Below, in pieces: positions 1 through 10,154 of a stretch of 49,491 nt of DNA (its first letter is position 1; each line of letters opens with the position of its first letter). The notes below the pieces were generated by a model. That model saw nothing but the letters and a program-made list of their open reading frames with translations, did not search any database and was not told the DNA's origin. A program made the translations under genes and the position numbers. Origin of the DNA: Chara braunii (Eukaryota; Plantae; Charophyceae); contig BFEA01000023.1 of NCBI GenBank assembly GCA_003427395.1, positions 707,722-757,212 on the forward strand. The letters run 5' to 3'.

Positions 1-600
1 CAATTTATTTCAAAAAACAATGGGGACGAGGCCGGGGACCTCACAATTCAACCCGGAAAAGTCCTGGCAGCAACAGCCAGCTTAGCTTGTTGTAAAACTC
101 GAGGCCCCTAACCGCTAAAAACTATAACCAGTTGGAAACCGGGTCCAACGTCCCAAACTGTCAATAACTTTCCAAAATTAAACTTTAAGGCCCGGTAAAA
201 AAAAGGGGAGGAGTGCTACATCTCCAATAAACCTGATCTCATATCTACTTTATGCTCTTCCAAATCCAGGCACTCCACCTATAAGTTAAACTCTTAAATC
301 GTCAGCGCAAGTCATGAAAACACTTGATCATCCCTTCATTTCAATAGCCAGACTAGCAAATGATGGGGAGCAAATATGCGGGTATATTGTAACGTACTTT
401 AAGGACATTTTAACGTTCAGACGTTCATTTGAGTCTTTAGTTCATGATCTCTCAATTGACACATACCATAGATCACATCTAATGATCAGGGTCATCCCAC
501 AAGACAGACAATCACTAGAGTTACTGATTTTTCAAACATAACTGAAAAACGCAGCAAATGTCATGGTTATGGGAAATGCCCTAAGGAGGGACAGACTACT
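1..600 (-). mobile_element. 3' end of a degenerate L1/Tx1-like LINE
   Basis: rc of 1-90 matches the 3' UTR of the LINE at 17590-17680 (aagcta..gctg.tgctgcc.gga....ccgggt.gaattgtgaggtccccggcctc ... aataaa); residual LWYVSIER resembles MWVIWLDR; upper boundary approximate. Confidence 0.65.
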
Positions 601-695
601 GATAAAATTTTATTGATAACTTTGGATAAATATTAGTCCCTCATTTAGTCAAAATTTATAATTAAGTTTTTCGAAGAGATCAAATTTCCTCTTTA

Positions 696-1010
696 ATGTC
701 TTATGGCATCATATCGACTTTATATAAAAAAGGAATAAATTATATTATGAATTTGATACCTATCTCCCTTCTTAATGTCTCATACTACAAAATCCTTGTA
801 ATAACACTGACCAAAAGGTTAGCAATATGTTTTTTTATAGAGATCAAGTTGTGTTTGTACAAGATTGGTCCGTCTTTGACAATCAAGTTACCTTAGAATC
901 CCTTGAGATTATTCAGAGGAACAACCTGAATGAGATAATAATACTCTTAGACTTAAAGAAAGTGTACGACCGAGTGAATTGGACGTATGCTGTCACCACG
1001 CTGTTTGACC
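696..1010 (+). mobile_element. Degenerate LINE reverse transcriptase fragment
   Basis: GIISTLYKKG..IPISLLNVSYYKIL...KRL, then after a frameshift DQVVFVQDWSVFDN...LLDLKKVYDRVNW = RT domains 0-3 of L1/Tx1 clade elements. Confidence 0.85.
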
Positions 1011-1411
1011 CAAATTTTTTTCGCTCATACGTTTGATTTTTTTATCTGCATTTCGTCTCATTCTACAAAACTTAAACTATCTATGGTATTGAGTATAACT
1101 ACATTCTTTCCTCAATTGCCACCAGTTTTTTTCTAGTATGTTGTTCGTCTTGATTCCTCTTCTCTGTTAAAATATTAAAAAAAATGTTGGGAACATTGGA
1201 GGTGATCGAGATTCCAATGTCCCACAAATCTAAGTGTTCTGAAATTTTTGTTTAGTGTTACTCCACTTCTGCCAGAAACAGTTAACTCATGCTGATAATC
1301 CAAAATTCACTAGAATCTGAGCGTTAAGTATGAAATAATCGTTACCTTTTTCTAAAGTGTCAGTCAATTTGCAGAAGACTACGAACGAACTGTCATAAAA
1401 TAATGACTCTC

Positions 1412-1526
1412 GTCCTTCAGAACGTATGTTAAAATTGCAACAATACAAAGAAGATTAGGATGACCCTTGCGCAAGGATGACATGCATAAATTAAGAAATT
1501 GTCAAAATTAAATTAAAAAAAAAAAA
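1412..1526 (+). pseudogene. U6: Degenerate full-length U6 snRNA copy with A tail
   Basis: gtccttcagaac..ttaaaattgcaacaatacaaagaagattaggatgacccttgcgcaaggatgacatgcataaattaagaaattgtcaaaatt aligns to plant U6; followed by aaatt plus an A run. Confidence 0.9.
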
Positions 1527-1559
1527 GGTTCTCTAGTTACCTTATTGTTTAGCAGTCTC

Positions 1560-2145
1560 ATTCTACTTTAAACTGGATAGAGAGAAGTATAATTTGTGGA
1601 GGTAGTCTGCATTTTCACCATCTCATGCTATTGAAAACCATGTGTCACAATTTTTTACTCGAAACATTAACCTATATGAATTTGTAAGCTCGAGTTTGAT
1701 CATATACTGTTATACTATCGTTGTGTCTGGCGCTCCATAATCATGACGCAATGTTGTTTAGCATGCAGTTTTAATCCCTAACTACTCGTAAGTTCTCAAT
1801 AGCAAACATGTGCATTATTAATAAAAAAATAATTTTGTTTTTTCTATCTGACGAAAGTATATAGTCATCACTAACCAATCCAGACCATTCCTCTTCAGCT
1901 TAGCTCATGCCAATCTACCTCATAAATCAACGTCGTAGTCAACCATTATTTGCATTCACCTGTATGTGTATTTGAATGCATACTCTCTTTCTCTCATTCT
2001 TCTTGCTGGACCCGGGGCTTAAAGTTAACAGTCATCCTACCACATACCTGTTATTTTTGCTCGTTTAGTTTTATAACCTGTAGCAGAACCCATTGAACTT
2101 TATGTATGTGTGCCTATGATTTCAGTCACGGATGTTTGTATCTCT
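1560..2145 (-). mobile_element. Degenerate LINE APE endonuclease domain (ORF1/5' part probably continues to ~3900)
   Basis: Minus-strand remnants in the correct order: TNIRD*N (NIRGLN), VLLQVIKL (LLQETK), *GRLA, LVMTIYF...KLFF (NIYAP..FF), VVRD*NC (GGDFN). Confidence 0.65.
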
Positions 2146-5100
2146 TCGTTTGGTCACCAAGGCTTCACATGTTTCCTGTGGCAATCCTAAGATTGTTCAT
2201 GGGATGTGCTCGTCGTTGGCTATTGTTGGATACTGTCTGTACCACGAAGAGTGGTTGCATTCCTTGTAGGTGATCCGCCTCGATTTTGGTTCCTGCTCGT
2301 TGCGTCAGTGGACGAAGAACTGAACTCTGGTCACTTTAGCATAAACATACCACTTATATAGATTGATTTCAGTTTCTTATTCTTGGATAACTTGCCGTTA
2401 AGGTTAACCAGGGACTCTGCTGAGATTTGTTGATCTTCCAATACGTCATTAAGTCTTACGCCTTTGTTCTAAAGAAATTGGGTGAATGAGATATATCTCA
2501 ATCTATTTTTCGTCTGTATATATTATCAACTAGGATTACGATCTTCAAAGTCGGTAAACAACTTCTGCGGTGCGGTCTCAATAACCAATCTGAGAGAGAT
2601 TAGCTCCATCAAACTCTGTTTGGCAGGCAATATCGGTTCAAGTATAATAATCCTACGTTGCGACTTGTACTCACCCTCGTACGCATACGAAATCTCTTGT
2701 ACTCGTATGCTACTCATACGCTAGGGGTCCGTACGACTTTTTTTTTCCTTTTCTTTTTTTGTTATTTTTTCCCTCAAATTATAATTAGAATCTGTAGATG
2801 ACGCTCAACCGAATGTTGCTTGTTTTGTGCTTATGCAACACATTTTTATTTATTTTTTTTACTCCGTACGGGGGCATACAAGACGTACGGGTTCCCGACC
2901 TGTGCGTTTCATGAGGAAAGGCCTCGTGCGTGTACGTTCAGTAACGCACTAATAATCAAAGAAAAAAAATAAACAATATTTTATAACGATAGCCTTAAGA
3001 GGATCTGTACTACGTTGTTCATCAAAATTATAACGGACGGAATGTAAGGCTTCTCCGGGTTTGAAACTATTGCCTTGCAATGGTGAGAGTCCTACAATCT
3101 TTATACATTTTCCCCCCGACGTGTAGTCTTGGGGGAGAGACTGTGTGCTTGTCGATACCTTAAGAGCGCTCTCAACTGCTGAGAGAGTTTTGCAAGCCTC
3201 TGTTGCATATGATAGTTTTCGCCCTTTGCTCTACTTGACCCTTCCCCAGGTTGAGATGATCCTTCCCTTCTCGCCACCTTCAGTGGTGATCTACCTTTGG
3301 CATCATGTTGAGATACGGTTGAAGCGTCGATTTTGATTCATGGAAACGGGGGTATCTTGTTCATAGACTATAAATTGTTTTCTTTTTGATCTCAAGGTCA
3401 ATCTTTCATTCCTTCTTGATCCGCTTTGGGCTCTCTCTATGACTGAAAAAGTTCCTACATCCAGTTTACAAGCTGCATTCAAACCAATATCCCAGCGGGA
3501 ATCGGGATGCCCCACTAGCTGGTTGTTGTTCCATTGGCCTAAAATTAAATTATCATTCATCCCTCCCCTTGTGCCAGTTGGATACTGTGGTACCGATGGG
3601 AAAGTAGATTAGCTTTTGTGCTAGTATCTTATTGAAGTCCAAAATTCCGAGTCTGAAACCGGTTAAGTTCTTCCTTGTCCCTCCTGGTAAACCTGCAGAC
3701 AATCTTGAGTGAACTTCTCTACCTGGAGTTAACTCTCATTGATATTTAGGTCTATCTAACTTCTTCCTCATCCCTCATGATAACGCCTGTAGACAAGCTT
3801 GACTGAGCCTGTCTCTCGGGAGCCAACTCTCCTTGATATTAAGGTCTGCCTCTGGAACTCCTTTGCTCAAAGGATCGACGTGGTTGACCTCTTGGCTTCT
3901 GCATATGGTTATTATCAACGTAAAAATTTATTCACTCCACCGTAATCAGGTCTTGATGGTTGCTCATATCCTTTACACGTGGTTAATAGATGGTGTTATT
4001 TTCACCAAATTTAAATAGAAAATGTCATATTGCCTGAAGTTTTTGCTTTTTTTTTTTTTTTTTTTTTTTTTAATATGTATGTGCTTTAGGGTACATCATG
4101 TATTCGATTTGGACATATCTAGACAATCAATGAAAAAGTTGGCAAGAACCCCGAATTCGTTGAACGTCTTTTTGAATTCGAAAAATATTTTTTAAAAGGT
4201 TTTTAGCTACGAAGATTTTCATGACTGGCCGGTTTGGACCGGCTGGTCACCCGAGCATGACGCCCGAACGGGTCTGACGCCGGGGATACCCGGGCATGGG
4301 GGAAAACCAATAAAAATGGCGGTGGCGTTTTTCCACGCTTTCAGAAAGCGCCCAAATCCGGGCTCTTTTGTTTTTTTGAAAGTTGGTTGTCAAGGGGTGG
4401 GGAAGGGGAGTAAATGGATTTTAAAGGGGCTAAAGGGGTTTAAATGGGGGTGCCTTAGTGTGACTTGTTTTTTTTGTTTTTTATCTCGAGTTTTGTGAGG
4501 AATTTTGATGTGACCCTCAACCAAAAGTTGTTTGTATTGCAATTCTACACAATATATTTTTTTTTCCAGATTTTTTTGGAATTTTGTTTTTTGCGTTTGG
4601 GATACCCAGGCCCATGCCCAGCAGTCATGTCTCGCTGGTCACCCGGTCGCCAAGCCGGGCGTGATGTCGGAACTCGGACACCCGAGATATCTCCCTAGGT
4701 TCTTAGTGTTTTTTTTTATTTTAATTTTCTTTTCTTTTGCCTTTTTTTTTTATAATGTTTTAACTATGAGCTTGAATTGTTAGTTTTCAAAATTTTCCAC
4801 CATGTGCTTGTGGCAATGTGTCCAAAAACACCGAATTTTTGGTCTTCCATTAACCATCTCTCGCTCCCTTCTTTGGTTGTCCTGATTTTCAGCTCTGTTC
4901 TTGGTGTACTCCTCCTTATGAAAAAAAAAACTATGCAATTTCTGCACCAAGGAGTCCAGGAGGACTTGAGTGTACGTCATTATCCGTTCTCACCCAAATT
5001 ATGTCGAACATCCTCTATCTAAATTGCGGATCGACATTTTACATTTGATCTCCATCAATTCATGCATGAAACGATCCCTTATTGCCTTGTAGTGTCTCCT

Positions 5101-5394
5101 GACTGTACACACCACTCTTCTGATTGCATCTTTTGTATATATTATTGCATCCAAAGAGACCTGTAATACCATCACCCAAAAAGTATTATGCAACTCTACT
5201 CTTTTTAACTTCCTCCATTATATTCTTGCCATCCAAGCTCTAGACCTTATAGTATATGAAATGTCAAAGAGTTGTACCTCATCGTCCCTTTGATCAATTA
5301 ACAAGGTGACCACTGTTCTATCCCTTGCCACATAGGTTAAAACATTAGGTCCCTCAAATCGAATATTACCTTGTTGCGTTGGATACACAAATGG

Positions 5395-5606
5395 TTAAAC
5401 CACCAGTATTTGGCCTTGCTATCAATGTCGAGCCTAAATATGTGCCCTGCACGGTTTTTCGCGCCGACCTGCCAGCGAAAAAAAAAAAAAATGTTTTGGC
5501 TGGCGGCGTCAGCCTTTCAGGTCGGGTACCTCGGGCCTCCTAAACTTGGGGGGCGTTAACAACAACGCCCCGCGACCGACATAAAGGCCAAGTACTGGTG
5601 GTTTAA
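5395..5606. mobile_element. TTAA-flanked MITE, TIR ACCACCAGTAYTTGGCCTT
   Basis: ttaaaccaccagtatttggcctt ... aaggccaagtactggtggtttaa. Confidence 0.8.
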
Positions 5607-5943
5607 AGGTGATCCCCATTTTCAGCTCCTGACTAACGGGTCCAAAACTGAAATTAGGGGTTGGGGGTCCAATGTTATGTTTTTTTTTTTTTTTGCCTGT
5701 TTTTCTGTTGGTATCATTGGGGCCATTGGAATTTCCTTTGATGAGATTTCTGAAATTTGTCCAGGTTTATGAAATTGGAATGTTGGCGAAATTTCATAAA
5801 AGTGCACTTTTGCCTTTGCTGTTTTTATGTTTTAAAACCGTTTTTTTTTTTTTTGTAAGTAGTTAGTACAATTTCCACTCTATGAATTGGTGGCAAATTT
5901 GTTAAAAATAATCCTTGGGTTTTCCTATAAATGGCATGAGATC

Positions 5944-6250
5944 CAGCCAACGAACTCAGTTGGTAAGGCACACAAGTGGCATTCAAGAGGCCTTGGGTTC
6001 AATCCCAATTGGCCTCATGTACCTTCCTAGGCATGCTTGGCGCCCGCCACCTAGAGATAGCCTGTTGGTCCCCCCAATTGACATAAAAAAGCAATCTCTG
6101 CTGATGTTCATAGGGGGAGGGGTAATCGGGGAGGCAAAGCGATTGGCCACTCAGATGATGCTCAATCCCTCTGCTACCCTGGCCGGTGTCCCCCCCCCAT
6201 TGGGGGTTCCCTGAAGGCAATAAATAAAGGCCACCCTGGGCTAAAAAAAA
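5944..6250 (+). mobile_element. tRNA-derived SINE-like element (tRNA-Ala-like head)
   Basis: A box aactcagttggtaagg, B box gggttcaatccc, intervening tggcattcaagaggcc; the body ends aataaataaa...ctaaaaaaaa. Confidence 0.6.
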
Positions 6251-6333
6251 GGCCACCCGGTGTCAGATTAGACACCAGATCGAATTTACTTGGGCTGGTT
6301 AGTCCGATGATAATACCTCAGGGCCATTGCCCT

Positions 6334-6597
6334 TTAAACCACCAGTACTTGCCCCAGCTATCGATGCCGAGGTTGGAATGCCCCTGCGTGCCAATTTTTG
6401 CCGAAACCTTGGGGTACCATTTCAATTTTTTTTGTCTGGCGCTTCCAGCCGTTGTGGTACGGTACCCCGAAGCCCTAAAGGTGTGGCACGACCCGTTTCA
6501 ATTTTTTTTGGCTGGCGCTTCCAGCCATTGTGGTCCGGTACCTCGAAGCCCTAAAGGCGCGGTGCAACCTATAGCTGGGCCAAGTATCGGTGGTTTA
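6334..6597. mobile_element. Same TTAA/ACCACCAGTA MITE family, with an internal ~76-bp duplication
   Basis: ttaaaccaccagtacttgccccagctat ... atagctgggccaagtatcggtggttta. Confidence 0.8.
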
Positions 6598-6668
6598 GTT
6601 AAAAAAATAAATAAATGGCATCAGAAGTTGTCTGAAAATTGAGGCCTCGTCCCCGGCCTCTGGGGCGA

Positions 6669-6822
6669 GGTCCCACTAGCAAAGAGGATCGGATCGAATT
6701 CCTGAATCTGGACGTGTTTTATGCAGAGATGCAGAAAAGCAATTCAATCTTGATTTCCTGCACCTCTCTACAAACTCATCCAGATTCAGGCATTCTATCC
6801 GATCCTCTATGCTAGTGGGACC
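6669..6822. mobile_element. Fold-back MITE with ~44-bp TIRs
   Basis: ggtcccactagcaaagaggatcggatcgaattcctgaatctgga / tccagattcaggcattctatccgatcctctatgctagtgggacc. Confidence 0.8.
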
Positions 6823-6903
6823 ACACCCCTGATGAAATTTTGGAATGGATTTGAATTTGAAAAAAAATAAAAATAAAATTGAGGCATCGGAGTAGTGCAG
6901 CGA

Positions 6904-7899
6904 GGCCTCGTTCGACACCACTAGAAAACCCTTACATATAAGGGTTTCATCGTTCCACCCCTCCCTAATGACAAAAAAAAAGATGCCAAATCTGTTTTCA
7001 CATTCGCGGCCGTAAGGGCGAGCCCTACAAAAGTAAGGACTCCCCAGCCAAAACGGACGCAAATGTAAGGACGGCCGTGGAGGTGACTTGAAAGTAGGGG
7101 TGGCGCCCTTACTTCCACGGAAAAAAACGCTTTATTTTTTTTTTTACTTTTTCGTCAGGTGTTTCCTTCGCGTTCCTGGTCCAATGGCTGGGTTGTCCGG
7201 TACACCGCGGGACGGTGGTCCCACGGTAGCCTCCAACGGGTAGTGTGGTCGCCCGGCTGCGGTCCTGCGGTCCCTGTGGTTAGCCGTTTCGGCTTGCATG
7301 TGGACGCTCCCCGCGGAGGCAGGCGTGCGAGTGCCGTTGGACAACAGGAAAGGAGCGTCCGATACACCGGACGACGTGCAGACGTCTGCCAACGCCTGGG
7401 CTATGGCGGCCTCCCTCCTCCCCCTACCCCTCCCAGCCGCCCGCCGCAATCCGTTCACCGTCTCAATGTACCGGCACACCGCGAGGACAGCACTCGACCA
7501 TGCTCTTCTCAGTGGTTGACAATCTCCTTGACGCCGCCTCATCGCACCCACCGCTGTCCATAGCTGGACTGCGCTGCGTAAACAAGGCACATGGCAGTCA
7601 CGTGAAGCCACGTGCGCTGGCGTAATGGTGGATGAGTGCCCGCGACAGGGCCATGCCCGCCTTGGAGAAATGGCTGGCCCGGGTCTCCCACGGGCCCAAA
7701 GGTGGCGGACACGATTTCGTCTGCCGCAACACTGGGGCGGACACTCGCATTCTCTTCTCTGCCGCGTTAAACGGGGGCACCTGAAATGTAAGTGCGAGTG
7801 CGACAAAGTGTAGGGTTTTCGTAAGTGGTTGTGGAACGCATTTTCGTAGTTAGGGCGCCCTTACAAAGTAAGGTTTTGTAGTGGTGTGGAACGAGGCCC
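6904..7899. mobile_element. ~1 kb non-autonomous PIF/Harbinger-like element
   Basis: TIRs ggcctcgttcgacaccactagaaaacccttac / gtaaggttttgtagtggtgtggaacgaggccc, 3' flank TAA, subterminal ccttac/gtaagg repeats. Confidence 0.72.
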
Positions 7900-8833
7900 T
7901 AAGTTGGAGCCATAGGACCAGCGGGCTCCAAGGTGGGCTTATCACCTCGGAAACTGGGAATTGTTTTTTGTCGTCTTTTTTGGTGTATCGCCTCCGAAAT
8001 AGGTGGCCGCGATCTGATGATTGAAGGGAGACACAAAGGAAGGAACGGCGAGTGTATGCCACAGCATGAGAAGGAACTTGCTGCTAGAAACATGGCCAGA
8101 TGCACCCGCCACGTTTTTGTCTTTTTCACATTCCGAGAGTGGTGTGCGAGGCCCTATACATCCAGGGGAAGATCGACTGGCCACGGTTTTTCACGATTGG
8201 CGGGCAGTGGACCGAGACACTACTCGTGTACGTGGATGGCCGATGTGGAGCGGGAAGGGACGTCGCTCCACGACTCTGCAAATGTGAAAAATGCGAATGA
8301 AGCTTCCGCTAGAACATGGAACTATACACCACCATATTTTTTGTCTTTTATGCATGTGGAGAGTAGTGGAGCGGCAAACTCTCCTCCTTCAGACCAAAGA
8401 ACTGAAAAGGAAGGAGAACAGCAGAAAGAAGAAGCCGAAAAGGAAGAGCAATCAACACGTTGATTGATAGTTGAGGGCTTATGCACACCAACTCTACTAT
8501 TATCTATCGTATATGTATCTGGCAGTTATGGCCGGAGCAGGATCTCTGTGACCCCAATGGAGCCCCTAAACAAGCAAAAATGTCCTTCATGTCAGTGTGC
8601 CGTGAGTCATCTCGAGAGGATACGAATATGATTGAAATCTTTGAAATCTTTTCGTTTTTTTTTTTTTTTTTTTTTTTTTTGCGCTGCCTACAGTAGGCGG
8701 GCGCGGAAGGGTTGCGTCCCCGAAAAAGAAAAAAGAAATAAGGGTTGCGTCGGCTGTCCTGACGATCCTCTCGTCTGCATTGCGGTTGCGGTAGTGCCTG
8801 TGCTTTGTGACGCAGCCCTCTGTATAAACGATA

Positions 8834-8945
8834 GGGCATCGTTGCACTACTCGCCATCCGCCAACATTTTGATTGCATGTGGACATCCTTTTTGTCCACA
8901 TGCATTCGAGTTCTTGGCGGATGGCGAGTAGTGCAACTAGGGCCT
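8834..8945. mobile_element. Hairpin Harbinger-like MITE (second subfamily)
   Basis: ttgcactactcgccatccgccaa..tgcatgtggaca / tgtccacatgca..ttggcggatggcgagtagtgcaa. Confidence 0.78.
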
Positions 8946-9970
8946 CGGCGCAGTACTCGGTTGGTGAGTGTTTGCGGCGAAGAAGCCCATACGCATACGA
9001 GGACTTTTTTTTCGGCTGGGTGTATTTGACCACATCGGCGGCTAGGCGTGGATGCACCTGGCCTCGATGGCGTCCACGGGTGAAGCTGAAAAAGTCCTAC
9101 CGGTAGTGAAAGTATGCACTTGGTCCTCCAATGTGCAAGCCGTGCAGAGTCCCACCCACGTTGGGCCCTCCATTGATTTGATTGATCCTCCTCAGATCCA
9201 CGGCCTTCGAGGCGATTGATTCCGGCAATCAACGGTCGCAGCTGTGGGTTCGCACAATCAATGGCCAGGGAACAGTGGCCTTGTTGAGCTGAGCTGCAAG
9301 CAAACGTTTCCCATTACTATTCACGACTCGTGATAGTGACGCCAAAAAGTCCAAAAGAAGCGTGTTGTTCTGATTGTGATGTGAGGGTGGATGAGAGCAG
9401 CAGAGATTGCGGGCATCGAGGCGGGCAGGCGGGACTTGTTGGGCTACATAATTTGAGTCTTGTCTCTGCCGCCATCGTTGCCCGGGGCTAGGTCCCACTT
9501 ACACGAATTAAGCGATGTTGATTGACCGTAGATAGCACAGATCGACGGCCAGAAGTTCTTAATCAGGGCAAGTGGGACCTTGGCCCCGAGGGGTAGGGCC
9601 GGAGTGCCGGAGTGCAGGAGTGCGGGAGTGCGAGAGGGGGAGAGGGAGGAGGAGGAGAACGTGCAGCAGGGCCTGTGGTTGAAGAAGACGGGCGGGAGAG
9701 GAGAAAAAATTAGCGCCAGGACAAGGCTATTATTTAGACGGTCGGTGTCGGCGTTTTCGAGATTTACGAGGTGCGGCAGGGTACGGAGTCGAATGGTGTG
9801 CATGTGCGGTGTGTTGTTTTAACATTTTGTAAGAACGAAAGAGAGCGCGGCAGGTACACTCCCAGAGGAGGAGGAGGAGGAGGAGATCGCAGGAACAGAG
9901 GCGTGGTCGGGATATATATATATATATTTTGTTCTTTTCTTTTTTTTTGGTGAAATTCTCAGTGCTAGAC

Positions 9971-10075
9971 ATGGCTATGGCCACGATGCAGGCGCTGCGA
10001 CGGGCCACGTCATCTTTGCTGAGGGGGAGCGCATCGCGGGTTGGCTTTCCTGCATCCACCCGGCTGTTTCATGAG
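9971..10075 (+). CDS. PDHA: PDH E1-alpha exon 1 (mitochondrial transit peptide [35 protein letters not shown])
   Basis: R/S/A/L-rich, acid-poor presequence; donor GAG|gtgaat; phase 0 matches exon 2. Confidence 0.8.
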
Positions 10076-10087
10076 GTGAATTGTTTG

Positions 10088-10154
<67 letters not shown>

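Noticed and set aside
1186-1230. gtcccaca as the USE for the U6 copy at 1412
   Set aside because: About 190 bp upstream (wrong spacing), imperfect, and part of a small inverted repeat.
4960-5370. Possible transposase remnant on the minus strand
   Set aside because: No recognisable motif by eye.
5944-6020. Functional tRNA gene
   Set aside because: The anticodon arm does not pair convincingly; only the A and B boxes are retained, so it is SINE-like.
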